From NCBI GenBank assembly GCA_033763315.1, contig JANRKS010000017.1:64001-128000 (forward strand): a DNA stretch of 64,000 nucleotides, in the 5' to 3' direction. How positions within the stretch are numbered: position 1 is the first letter of the stretch; each line of letters begins with the position of its first letter. Shown piece after piece: positions 55,882 through 64,000 of the stretch. This DNA comes from Deltaproteobacteria bacterium. Lineage in GTDB: Bacteria; Myxococcota_A; Polyangia; Fen-1088. The notes beneath the pieces were generated by a model. That model did no database searches. It worked only from the letters and a program-made list of their open reading frames with translations, and was not told the DNA's origin. The position numbers and the translations under genes were made by a program.

Positions 55882-58214
55882 AGGCATTGCTTTGTTGCTC
55901 TGTTGTCGTTGCATTTACGGGTTGCACGGGCGCCCAGCGTTCCGACGGCGTGGCGGCCAAACGGGTGGAGCCCCATCTGTTGCAGCCTGTGGGGCGTGCC
56001 GCCTATTTGAAGGCGATTCCCGACGGTGAACACCCGCCCTCCAATTTTGCGGGTGTGCCGGTGATGCCCAAGTTCTCTCCCGGCACCACGCAGATGCCGG
56101 TGAGCAATGATTGGTGGTCATCCCTGCTGTGGCAGTTCGATTTTCAGGGCAAGCCGAATCCCTATTCGCAACCTCTGTTTGCGCATCCCTTGGCGGCGCA
56201 GGCGCAAGCGGATGGGTTAAGCATTGGCTATCCTGATGTAGCCGAGGTGAAAGAGCGCACCTTCCTTTATCCGTTTAAGCCAGACTTATTGGTGGGCGTG
56301 AACGGTTTGGCGGCGCCACGGACCACCGTTGAAGCCTACGGCGATTGGACTGTGACGGCGGCGTGGCGTAACGAGGCCAAAGAGGGTGCGTTTGCACAGC
56401 TGTTGGCCACACTGGGGCACGGTCTACCCTTCGTGTATTTGACCGCGCAAGGTGGGAACGCCTTGCTGCACGCGACCGCGGAAGTGCAATTATGGTACGA
56501 CAAGCCGGGCGTCATGGGCCTGACCATAAACGATCACCATTATGGCGTGTTCACTCCGGCTGGCGCCCACTGGAGCCGGCAAGCGCGTGCGTTTACGTCA
56601 AACTTGAACGGCAAAGACTTTTTCTCCGTCGCGGTGTTGCCCGACAACACGCCGGCCACTTTGGCGCTTTACCAAAGGCACGCGTTCGCCTTTGTGAAGA
56701 ATAGCCGTGTGGCCTGGACCTACGATCGCAAAAGCGCGCGCGTCTCAAGTCGCTTTAGTTTCGATATCGAAAACAAACAAGCAGGTCCGGGCTTTTCTTC
56801 CGATCCCCTTGTGGCCCTCTATCCTCACCAGTGGAAGCACACGTCCCAAAAACTGGCGCCGTTTACGTATGCGTCTTCGAGGGGAACGATGAAGGTGGCC
56901 GAGACGTCGACCTTTAGCACGGACCTTGCGTTCCACGGGGTTTTGCCAGCCCTGGCTGCGCCCCCTGTAGATGATGACTTCTATGTGAAGTCCGATCTGC
57001 AAGACGCTGTTCGCGCAGAATTGCGCCGTGCCGATCTGTTTCCCCCCGGCCCCGAGCAAACCAACGGCACCTACTGGAACGGAAAGTCATTGATGCGCGT
57101 GGCGCAGCTGGCTTGGATCGCCGACCAAATCGGCGACGGTGAGTCACGTGATCGCGCTGTGGCCGCTGTACGAAAGCAAATGGAAGCGTGGTTCGATGGC
57201 CAGCCACCCGAGGCCTTCTTTTACGAGAGCCACTGGCGGACGCTGCTGGGCACGCCGGCCGAATACCGCACGGGATGGGAAATGAATGACCATCATTTTC
57301 ACTACGGCTATTTCCTTTACGCGGCAGCGACCTTGGCCAAATTCGATCCCTCGTGGGTACAGCCCGAGGCGTATGGGCAGATGGTAGATCTGCTGATGAA
57401 GGACGCGGCCAACACGGATCGCGATGACACGCAGTTTCCGTTTCTACGACACTTCGATCCGTACGCCGGCCACTCGTGGGCCAATGGCCCGTCGCTGTTC
57501 GCCGAAGGCAACAACGAAGAGTCCTCATCGGAGGATGTGAACTTTGCCGTGGGTGTGCTGCTGTGGGGCGCGCTTACGCAGCGACCTGAGGTTGAGGCGT
57601 TGGGCGCGTACCTGTACACGAACGTGGTCGCCGCCATCGAGAACTATTGGTTCAACATGGATCACGACGTGTTTCCAGCCGCGTTCAAGAAGCCTGTGGT
57701 GGCGATGGTGTGGGGCAGCGGTGGCAAATACGACACCTGGTGGGATCGCAACCCGATCTACGTCCACGGCATCAATATGTTGCCGTTCTCGGGTGGCTCT
57801 TTATACCTTGGCTATCACCCGGGGTTCGTGAAGGAGAATTACCAGTATCTCGTGCAGGCGAACCGCGGCGACGTGCTTTTGTGGCGTGACATTATTTGGA
57901 TGTATTTGGCGCTTTCGGATCCAGCGGAAGCGGCGCGCCTCTACAAAAAGGACCGCTATTTCGATCCGGAGTTTGGCAATTCACACGCGTTTCTCTACCA
58001 CTGGATCGCGTCGCTGCGACGGGCCGGCGCCGTGAACACGGACGTGACGGCTGATGCACCCACGTTCGCCGTGTTCCGCCGCAACAACCAGAATACTTAC
58101 GTGGGATTCAACCCCACTGCCGAAGCACGCACCCTCAGCTTTTCAGATGGCACCACGATGTCATTGCGGCCGCTTGAGTTGCAAAGCCGCACGCAGGGAG
58201 CGGGCAAGCGATGA
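55878..58214 (+). CDS. GH81 endo-1,3-beta-glucanase, lipoprotein
   Basis: GTGA overlap; lipobox FTGC; SNDWWS, NDHHFHYGYF, FP.LR.FDPY.GHSWA.G, GNNEESSSE, HGIN.LP. Confidence 0.92.
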   Translation: MKALLCCSVVVAFTGCTGAQRSDGVAAKRVEPHLLQPVGRAAYLKAIPDGEHPPSNFAGVPVMPKFSPGTTQMPVSNDWWSSLLWQFDFQGKPNPYSQPLFAHPLAAQAQADGLSIGYPDVAEVKERTFLYPFKPDLLVGVNGLAAPRTTVEAYGDWTVTAAWRNEAKEGAFAQLLATLGHGLPFVYLTAQGGNALLHATAEVQLWYDKPGVMGLTINDHHYGVFTPAGAHWSRQARAFTSNLNGKDFFSVAVLPDNTPATLALYQRHAFAFVKNSRVAWTYDRKSARVSSRFSFDIENKQAGPGFSSDPLVALYPHQWKHTSQKLAPFTYASSRGTMKVAETSTFSTDLAFHGVLPALAAPPVDDDFYVKSDLQDAVRAELRRADLFPPGPEQTNGTYWNGKSLMRVAQLAWIADQIGDGESRDRAVAAVRKQMEAWFDGQPPEAFFYESHWRTLLGTPAEYRTGWEMNDHHFHYGYFLYAAATLAKFDPSWVQPEAYGQMVDLLMKDAANTDRDDTQFPFLRHFDPYAGHSWANGPSLFAEGNNEESSSEDVNFAVGVLLWGALTQRPEVEALGAYLYTNVVAAIENYWFNMDHDVFPAAFKKPVVAMVWGSGGKYDTWWDRNPIYVHGINMLPFSGGSLYLGYHPGFVKENYQYLVQANRGDVLLWRDIIWMYLALSDPAEAARLYKKDRYFDPEFGNSHAFLYHWIASLRRAGAVNTDVTADAPTFAVFRRNNQNTYVGFNPTAEARTLSFSDGTTMSLRPLELQSRTQGAGKR

Positions 58215-59011
58215 AGGGGGGCGCCATTTTACCCACCCTGATTTTGTTGACCGTCGGCGCTTGCGGCGGCAGTGAACCGATCAACGAGTGGATCCCCACG
58301 TTTGCGGATGAGTTCGATGGACCAGCCGGGCCTCCGGACGTATCCAAGTGGACGCCGGAGGTCAATGGTCGTGGCGGGGGCAACCAAGAGCTTCAATTCT
58401 ACTCCGACCGACCCGACAACCTGCGCGTGAACGGGATGGGTCAACTGTCGATCACCGCGCGACGCGAGGCCTTCGAGGCGCGCGACTTTACCTCGGCGCG
58501 GATCAACACGCAGGGCAAGTTCGAGCAACAGAACGGCCGCTTTGAGACGCGCATGAAGCTGCCCAAAGGCAAGGGCTACTGGCCGGCGTTTTGGATGTTG
58601 GGAGGCAATTTCGACGACATTGGCTGGCCCAAATGCGGGGAGATCGACGTCATGGAAAACCGCGGTGCCATTCCCTCGACAGTGCTTAGTTCTTTGCACG
58701 GACCTGGCTATCAAGGTGGCAACGCAATCACGGAGCTCTTTCGTCTGAACGAGGGGACGTTTGCCGATGAATTTCACGTGTTCAGTGTGGAATGGGAAGC
58801 CGAACGGATTCGCTTCTCTGTCGACGGAACCAGCTATCACACTGTTGAACGCGCTGGCATGCGCTCTGGTGCCACTTGGGTGTTCGACCACCCATTTTTC
58901 ATGATTTTAAACCTTGCGGTGGGGGGAACGTTTGGTGGTGAGCCAAACGCCGACACCGTGTTTCCCCAAGAGTTGCTGGTGGATTGGGTGCGCGCCTACC
59001 GTCGCCGGTGA
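58211..59011 (+). CDS. GH16 laminarinase-type beta-1,3-glucanase, lipoprotein
   Basis: ATGA overlap; lipobox VGAC; DEFDG, GN.ELQ.Y, TSARI.T, G.WPAFWMLG, WP.CGEIDVME, FHVFSVEW, ILNLAVGG, VDWVR.Y. Confidence 0.93.
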   Translation: MKGGAILPTLILLTVGACGGSEPINEWIPTFADEFDGPAGPPDVSKWTPEVNGRGGGNQELQFYSDRPDNLRVNGMGQLSITARREAFEARDFTSARINTQGKFEQQNGRFETRMKLPKGKGYWPAFWMLGGNFDDIGWPKCGEIDVMENRGAIPSTVLSSLHGPGYQGGNAITELFRLNEGTFADEFHVFSVEWEAERIRFSVDGTSYHTVERAGMRSGATWVFDHPFFMILNLAVGGTFGGEPNADTVFPQELLVDWVRAYRRR

Positions 59012-59091
59012 CGTGGTGGTGGGCGCGCCAGCTGTGAGGCACGCAACAGGCGGCGCCTGGCGGCTGTTCTCGAAAACGGCACCGAACGCGT

Positions 59092-60975
59092 TTGGTTGCG
59101 GAGGTCTATCCCATTCCGAAACACTCCGGGTTCAACAGAGGCGCGGCCGTTCTCGTTTTGTCATGGGCCACAGGTGGGTGCGTTATGCCAGGGGGCGGCG
59201 CCGTGGGAGGTGTGGCCCCGAACGTGAAGGAAACGCAGGCCGACGAAGCGCCAGTGCCTTTGGTGTTCGTGAACCAAACGGGATACTTGCCTGGCCGCCC
59301 AAAGCTCGGGGTTGTGCGCACCGACGTGGTCACGCCTTTGCCGTACACTGTCCGCGATGGTGCGCAGCAGGTTGTCTTTCAAGGACAAACAAGGCCGTTT
59401 GGCAAAGATCCCGCGTCCGGCCTGACCGTGCATCGCATCGACTTCACTGCGTACCAAAAGGAGGGAAAGAGCTTCACGTTGCAAGTTGAGACAACTCCGC
59501 CTGAACGCAGCCATCCTTTTGATCTCGCCAAGGATGTTTACGCCCCGTTGAAATACGACGCGCTCGCGTTTTTCTATCACCAGCGCAGTGGTGTGCCGAT
59601 TGAGCTGCCGTATGCCGGTCAAAGCCAGTGGGTGAGGCCCGCGGGTCACGTCAACGATGATGCGGTTCCGTGCTTGCCGGGGTCGGGGTGCGATTACGAG
59701 CTGAACGTCAAGGGCGGTTGGTACGATGCGGGCGACCACGGCAAGTATGTCGTCAACGGCGGCGTTTCGGTTTGGTTGTTACAGGCCCTGTGGGAACGAT
59801 CTACGATCGTTGGCGCCGAGGCGGCCAAAGCGTTTGGTGACGGTGCCGTAAACATTCCTGAACGCACGAACGGCTTTCCCGATCTCCTGGACGAGGCCAG
59901 GATTGAGCTTGAATTCATGCTGCGCATGCAGGTGCCCAAAGGCGAGCCTCTGGCAGGCATGGTGCACCACAAGATGCACGATCGGGCTTGGACGGCTTTA
60001 GGGTTGCCACCGCATCTCGATAAGCAACCGCGCTTTTTGCACAAGCCAACGACCGCGGCCACCTTGAACCTGGCCGCCGTGGCCGCGCAAGCTTCTCGCC
60101 TGTGGAAGACGCTGGATCCAAAATTCTCTGGCCGGTGTTTACGAGCCGCCAAACGAGCGTTTGCCGCCGCCCACGCACACCCCGCCATGTTTGCGGCGAA
60201 GCAAGGGCAGGGCGGGGGCCCGTATGACGACGACGACGTCAGCGACGAACGTTACTGGGCTGCGGCCGAACTGTTCATCACAACCGGCCTAGACGCCTAC
60301 CTAGAAGTGGTCCGCCAACGGCCCCTTCACGCTAGCCTGTTTGGTGAATCACCGGTACCCGCCAGTGGGGCGTGTTTCTCGTGGCAAAGCACCGCGGCCC
60401 TCGGGGCCTTCTCATTGGCAATGACGTCAAGCCCGTTGCCCGAAAGCGATCGAGAAGCGCTTCGTGCACAAGTGCAGAAAACGGCCGACGAAATCTTGCA
60501 CGTTATCGAGGAACAAGCGTTCGCTTCACCTTTGCGCCCGGGCCCGAAGGGCTATGTGTGGGGCTCGAATGGCGACGCTCTTAGCAACCTTGTGGCCGTG
60601 ACCTTGGCGTATGACTTCACAAAGGGCAGCCACTACGCGGACGCTGTGTCTACCGCCATAGGCTACCTACTGGGCCGCAACCCACTCGATAAATCATACG
60701 TCGCTGGGTACGGGGAGCGTCCTTTGCGCAACCCACACCACCGGTTTTGGGCCCAACAACTGAGCAGCCGCTACCCACCGCCACCGCCGGGCGCCGTGTC
60801 GGGTGGCCCCAACTCTGAATTGCAAGATCCCGTGGCACGCAGGGCTGGCCTTCGCGGCTGTGCGCCGCAAGCGTGTTACGTGGACCACAGCGGGGCGTAT
60901 TCCGTCAACGAGGTGGCCATCAACTGGAACGCCCCGCTTGTGTGGGTGGCGGCGTTCTTGGATGAATTGCGCTGA
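59092..60975 (+). CDS. GH9 cellulase with CelD-like Ig domain
   Basis: VNQTGYLP..PK, FFYHQRSG, GGWYDAGDHGKY, DERYWAAAEL, YLLGRNP...SYV.GYG, HHR, YSVNEVAINWNA. Start uncertain. Confidence 0.92.
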   Translation: MVAEVYPIPKHSGFNRGAAVLVLSWATGGCVMPGGGAVGGVAPNVKETQADEAPVPLVFVNQTGYLPGRPKLGVVRTDVVTPLPYTVRDGAQQVVFQGQTRPFGKDPASGLTVHRIDFTAYQKEGKSFTLQVETTPPERSHPFDLAKDVYAPLKYDALAFFYHQRSGVPIELPYAGQSQWVRPAGHVNDDAVPCLPGSGCDYELNVKGGWYDAGDHGKYVVNGGVSVWLLQALWERSTIVGAEAAKAFGDGAVNIPERTNGFPDLLDEARIELEFMLRMQVPKGEPLAGMVHHKMHDRAWTALGLPPHLDKQPRFLHKPTTAATLNLAAVAAQASRLWKTLDPKFSGRCLRAAKRAFAAAHAHPAMFAAKQGQGGGPYDDDDVSDERYWAAAELFITTGLDAYLEVVRQRPLHASLFGESPVPASGACFSWQSTAALGAFSLAMTSSPLPESDREALRAQVQKTADEILHVIEEQAFASPLRPGPKGYVWGSNGDALSNLVAVTLAYDFTKGSHYADAVSTAIGYLLGRNPLDKSYVAGYGERPLRNPHHRFWAQQLSSRYPPPPPGAVSGGPNSELQDPVARRAGLRGCAPQACYVDHSGAYSVNEVAINWNAPLVWVAAFLDELR

Positions 60976-60981
60976 ACGGAC

Positions 60982-62436
60982 TTACACAAGCAATTCGGTG
61001 ATGGGGCCTTTGCTGTAGGTAGGATCGCCAAACTTTTCTACGGGCGCTCCAAAGGCTTTGGCCAACGTCACCAACAAGTCGTTGTGCTGCCGCATCGCCA
61101 CAGCCTGCGCCATGTATGAGTTCAGCACCGGAAACTGAACAACCTGCTTCGTTTTTAATTTCCCGCCCGCGCTGCCGATCAACACGAACGGCATGTTGAA
61201 GTGATCGTGGTTGGACCCGTTGTCCAGTTCGTTGCCCCAAGCGATCACACATTGATCCAGCAAGGTCTTGCCACCATCGACCGGGAACTGAGATAGGCGT
61301 TTGCACAGATAGGCCACTTCTTCGGCGTAAAAGACGTTGATGTCCGTCATTTGCGCGATCGGCACTTTAAACTGGTCCAGCTGCTGCTGCGTGGGACGCT
61401 CCGCATCCGTGGCTTGCGGCGCCTGGGGCCCAAGCGTGAAAGGCTGGGGCGCTTCGTGCGAGATGCTGTGGTGGTCTTTGCTGTGGCCGAGCCAATCCGC
61501 AACCATCGGGCTGCGCGCTTGCGACATTTGCAAGCTGGCAACGCGCGTGAGATCGCAGGCCAGCGACATCGCGAGCAATTCAATGGCATCACGTGTGGCC
61601 TTGGGAAACGCCTTTGTGCCAGTGATGTTGTCTGGATAGGCACAATCCGCGGACGCGGGTGTGTTGTTGTCGTTTAGGCGGCCCTCAAGTGTGCTCCAGC
61701 CATCGCGGAGCGCATCAAGGTGACGCTTGTCTTCGGTGCACAACTTGGGCGACAAGCGCTGCAGTTCGCCTGAAAGGTGTTGCAACACGCGCTTGCGCAC
61801 CAAAAGCTTTCGCGCTTGCACAGGATCCACCGTTGGCATGGAACCGCCGCCGCCTTTGCCGATGCCCAAGAACAACTGGTCACGCGCGGCGATCGGATCT
61901 TCACGCGGATCCACGGGCGCACCCGGGCCGCTGTAGATCATGCGGTTTTCGATGGTCTTGCCCTGGAAGTCCTCAGGCGCCCGCGCACGAAACTCAAGAC
62001 TCGCGTACTTTGTGCCCGCGCCCTGGCTCATGAGATGCTTCGCGACGGTTTGATCAATTGTCTCACCGGCGGGCGACATCGGCGTGGCGCCTTGTCGACC
62101 ACCGCTCCACAGGGTCGACATGCCGCCTTCATGCGTGCCACCCACGGAAGATGCGACTTTGTTCTGCAAGCCCGTGACGATGTTCATTTTGTCTTTGTAG
62201 GCGTTCAACGGCGCAAGCCAGGGGCGCAGCGTGAAATCGTTGCCCGCTACGTCGGCGCCCCACAGGTGGCGCACCACACCGTTGGGCGTGAACAGCAGAA
62301 TCAAATACCGCTTCTCTTGCGCTGCCCAAGCGGGTAGGGCACGCATGAACGTGGCCGCGGCCGGCAAAGCAAAGGGTGATGCGCCCACGGCACGCAAGAA
62401 CGCGCGACGTTGTTTCGATACGGATTTCATTGGCAT
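60982..62436 (-). CDS. DUF1552-family protein with Tat-like signal
   Basis: QRRAFLRAVG, F.PNG, L.PL...K, TIDQ.VA, LACDLTRVASLQ, HHSISH, LLDQ, EL..G..H. Confidence 0.85.
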   Translation of the reverse strand: MPMKSVSKQRRAFLRAVGASPFALPAAATFMRALPAWAAQEKRYLILLFTPNGVVRHLWGADVAGNDFTLRPWLAPLNAYKDKMNIVTGLQNKVASSVGGTHEGGMSTLWSGGRQGATPMSPAGETIDQTVAKHLMSQGAGTKYASLEFRARAPEDFQGKTIENRMIYSGPGAPVDPREDPIAARDQLFLGIGKGGGGSMPTVDPVQARKLLVRKRVLQHLSGELQRLSPKLCTEDKRHLDALRDGWSTLEGRLNDNNTPASADCAYPDNITGTKAFPKATRDAIELLAMSLACDLTRVASLQMSQARSPMVADWLGHSKDHHSISHEAPQPFTLGPQAPQATDAERPTQQQLDQFKVPIAQMTDINVFYAEEVAYLCKRLSQFPVDGGKTLLDQCVIAWGNELDNGSNHDHFNMPFVLIGSAGGKLKTKQVVQFPVLNSYMAQAVAMRQHNDLLVTLAKAFGAPVEKFGDPTYSKGPITELLV

Positions 62437-64000
62437 GATTGGCCTCCTTGCGCGGCCGCGCGAAAACGAAACGCTGGTGTGCCCACCACGGCCACCAGGG
62501 CCTCCCGCAGGTTCAGGCCACTGGCGTCAAACGCGCGCCACATCTCCTCGAACGAACATGCATCGGCTGTACGCTCTTCGCGCGCCAGGGCCCATCGCAT
62601 CGTTTGAACGGCGTAACACTGTTGCGCTTGCTTGCTGGTGGCCAGCTTCTGGGCCAAGGCAACGGGTCCATCAAACGTGCCTGAAATGTCATCAGGCAGC
62701 TCCGTGAGTTCAGGCTTTTCGATGAAGCCCATGGCCGCCGCCCCCTCTTTATAGGCGCCTATCGCGTCGAAGCGGGCGAAGCCTTTGCCGATCGGATCCA
62801 TGTATCGATGGCAGTTGGCGCACGAGCCTTTGGAATGTTCATCGAACAGCTCTTCATCGCTCTTTCCGGCCACCGGCGGCACATTGGTGTTGGTGCCAGG
62901 CGGCGGCGGCGCCACCGGATCACACAGCAGTTGTTCGCGTACAAGCTTGCCACGCAACACAGGCGAGGTTTGCAGCGCATGCGCGGCGTTCGCCAACACG
63001 CTGGCATGAGTCAGAACGCCTCGGCGCGAAGCGGGGAGGGGCGTGCGCACAAAATCATCGCCGCCGCCAGTCGCACCATAAAACGCACCCACTTCTTTGT
63101 TCGCGAAGGTGTAGTTGGCAGTCAACAGCTCGGTGAAACTGCCACTGTCGTTGCGTGCCACCTCCAAGAAGAATCGTCGCGTTTCTTCCACCATCGCGTT
63201 GCCCAAAGTGGGCGTGAACGTGGGAAAGCTGTTGGCGTCCTTCCCCGCAGGCGGACGTTCCACGTTGAGCCATTGCTGCGCAAAATCCGCCAACGCTGCA
63301 TCTGCCTTGCGATCTTGCAGGAGGCGCCGCGCTTGCTCTTGCACGCCGGCAGCGTTATCAAGTTTGCCGGCGTCCGCGGCAACCAGCAATGCGTCGTCCG
63401 GAACGCTTCGCCACAACGTCAGGGCCAATCGCCCTGCGATCTCCCCTGAGGTCAACGGCACAACGCCACCGGAGCCGGCACCAGACTCAAGCGTATAAAG
63501 AAAGTTCGCTGAAGTAAGAATCGCGCCCACACCCAACTGCAAAGCGGCCTTTGCATCGCTGCTGGCCAAAGCGTCATAGTCGGCCAGCAGTTGTTTCTTT
63601 TCTTCGTCGGCAAAGGTGCCGCGAAACGCTTTGCGCGCGGTGCTTGTCAGCCACCCTTTGATGCACGTTTTATCGGTTTCAGAGGCGCAGCCCGTGACGG
63701 CAGAAACCGTCGATGACACGCGCTCGGCCACATCCAAGGCGGCATTCAAATATTGTTCGGCTGCCAAACCACTGAGCGTGCTTTTCGAATTGCTGTTGAA
63801 CCCGGCCACCTTCTCTTCGGCCACAAAGCCGTCGCCCGGGTGCGTATCGTCTTTAAACAAGTCTCGCACGGCGTTGTTGTATTCAAGCCGCGACAGGCGC
63901 CTTACCGGTTGCCACGCCACCATGGGGGCAGCACACTGGCCGCCGCCACGGTTGCGTTCGCCCAACGCGATGAGAGGCGTTCCGCGCGTGCCATCGTCAG
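62427..64000 (-). CDS. DUF1587/1595/1592/1588/1585 (PSD) domain protein, 5' end beyond the window
   Basis: RRLSRLEYNN.VRDL, RKAFR, S.NFLY..E, EIA.RL...LW.S.PDD.L, RRGVLT, TSPVLRG, CANCH..MDPIG..F..FDAIG. The frame stays open to the right edge. Confidence 0.85.
   Translation of the reverse strand, partial: DDGTRGTPLIALGERNRGGGQCAAPMVAWQPVRRLSRLEYNNAVRDLFKDDTHPGDGFVAEEKVAGFNSNSKSTLSGLAAEQYLNAALDVAERVSSTVSAVTGCASETDKTCIKGWLTSTARKAFRGTFADEEKKQLLADYDALASSDAKAALQLGVGAILTSANFLYTLESGAGSGGVVPLTSGEIAGRLALTLWRSVPDDALLVAADAGKLDNAAGVQEQARRLLQDRKADAALADFAQQWLNVERPPAGKDANSFPTFTPTLGNAMVEETRRFFLEVARNDSGSFTELLTANYTFANKEVGAFYGATGGGDDFVRTPLPASRRGVLTHASVLANAAHALQTSPVLRGKLVREQLLCDPVAPPPPGTNTNVPPVAGKSDEELFDEHSKGSCANCHRYMDPIGKGFARFDAIGAYKEGAAAMGFIEKPELTELPDDISGTFDGPVALAQKLATSKQAQQCYAVQTMRWALAREERTADACSFEEMWRAFDASGLNLREALVAVVGTPAFRFRAAAQGGQSCQ

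Noticed and set aside
59084-59109. GAAC-N16-GTCTAT near the GH9 start
   Set aside because: The -35 and the spacing differ from the four-copy motif, and it overlaps the provisional start; a single instance only.
1-64000. tRNA, rRNA, IS elements, integrases, prophage and defence systems
   Set aside because: No recognisable signatures were seen. Short structured RNAs cannot be excluded without a covariance-model search.

Overview
GC-rich (about 60-65% by eye) chromosomal window from a myxobacterium (Myxococcota, probably Polyangia-like). The assignment rests on a CdbA-type RHH protein, a PEGA/Ser-Thr kinase module, Gly/Ser-tethered lipoproteins and a DUF1552/DUF1592 pair. The first ~40 kb is mostly housekeeping, regulatory and metabolic: the 5' end of mfd, two zinc-ribbon/FHA paralogs, a TPR protein, an orphan SctQ-like gene, a degenerate glycogen synthase, cdbA, dksA, tldD/tldE, MarR-leuCD, cysQ, cimA, dps, araD and araB. 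cimA is preceded by a complete, unannotated Ile-rich leader-peptide attenuator. The best candidate for an undescribed system is the ~20 kb beta-glucan locus at 40.9-61 kb. It holds lipoprotein GH16 x2, GH2-like, GH81 and GH9 enzymes, and two ATGA-coupled pairs of a CBM-like lipoprotein plus an unknown outer-membrane beta-barrel (no SusC/SusD or TonB receptor). It also holds two CxxCH-containing TolB-like propellers and an OMP / ECF sigma / FecR-TPR anti-sigma module. Four transcription units, including the sigma gene itself, share the promoter motif GGGAAG-N18-CTCYAW. No rRNA, tRNA, CRISPR array or mobile element was recognised. All product calls come from motif recognition by eye; no database searches were run.
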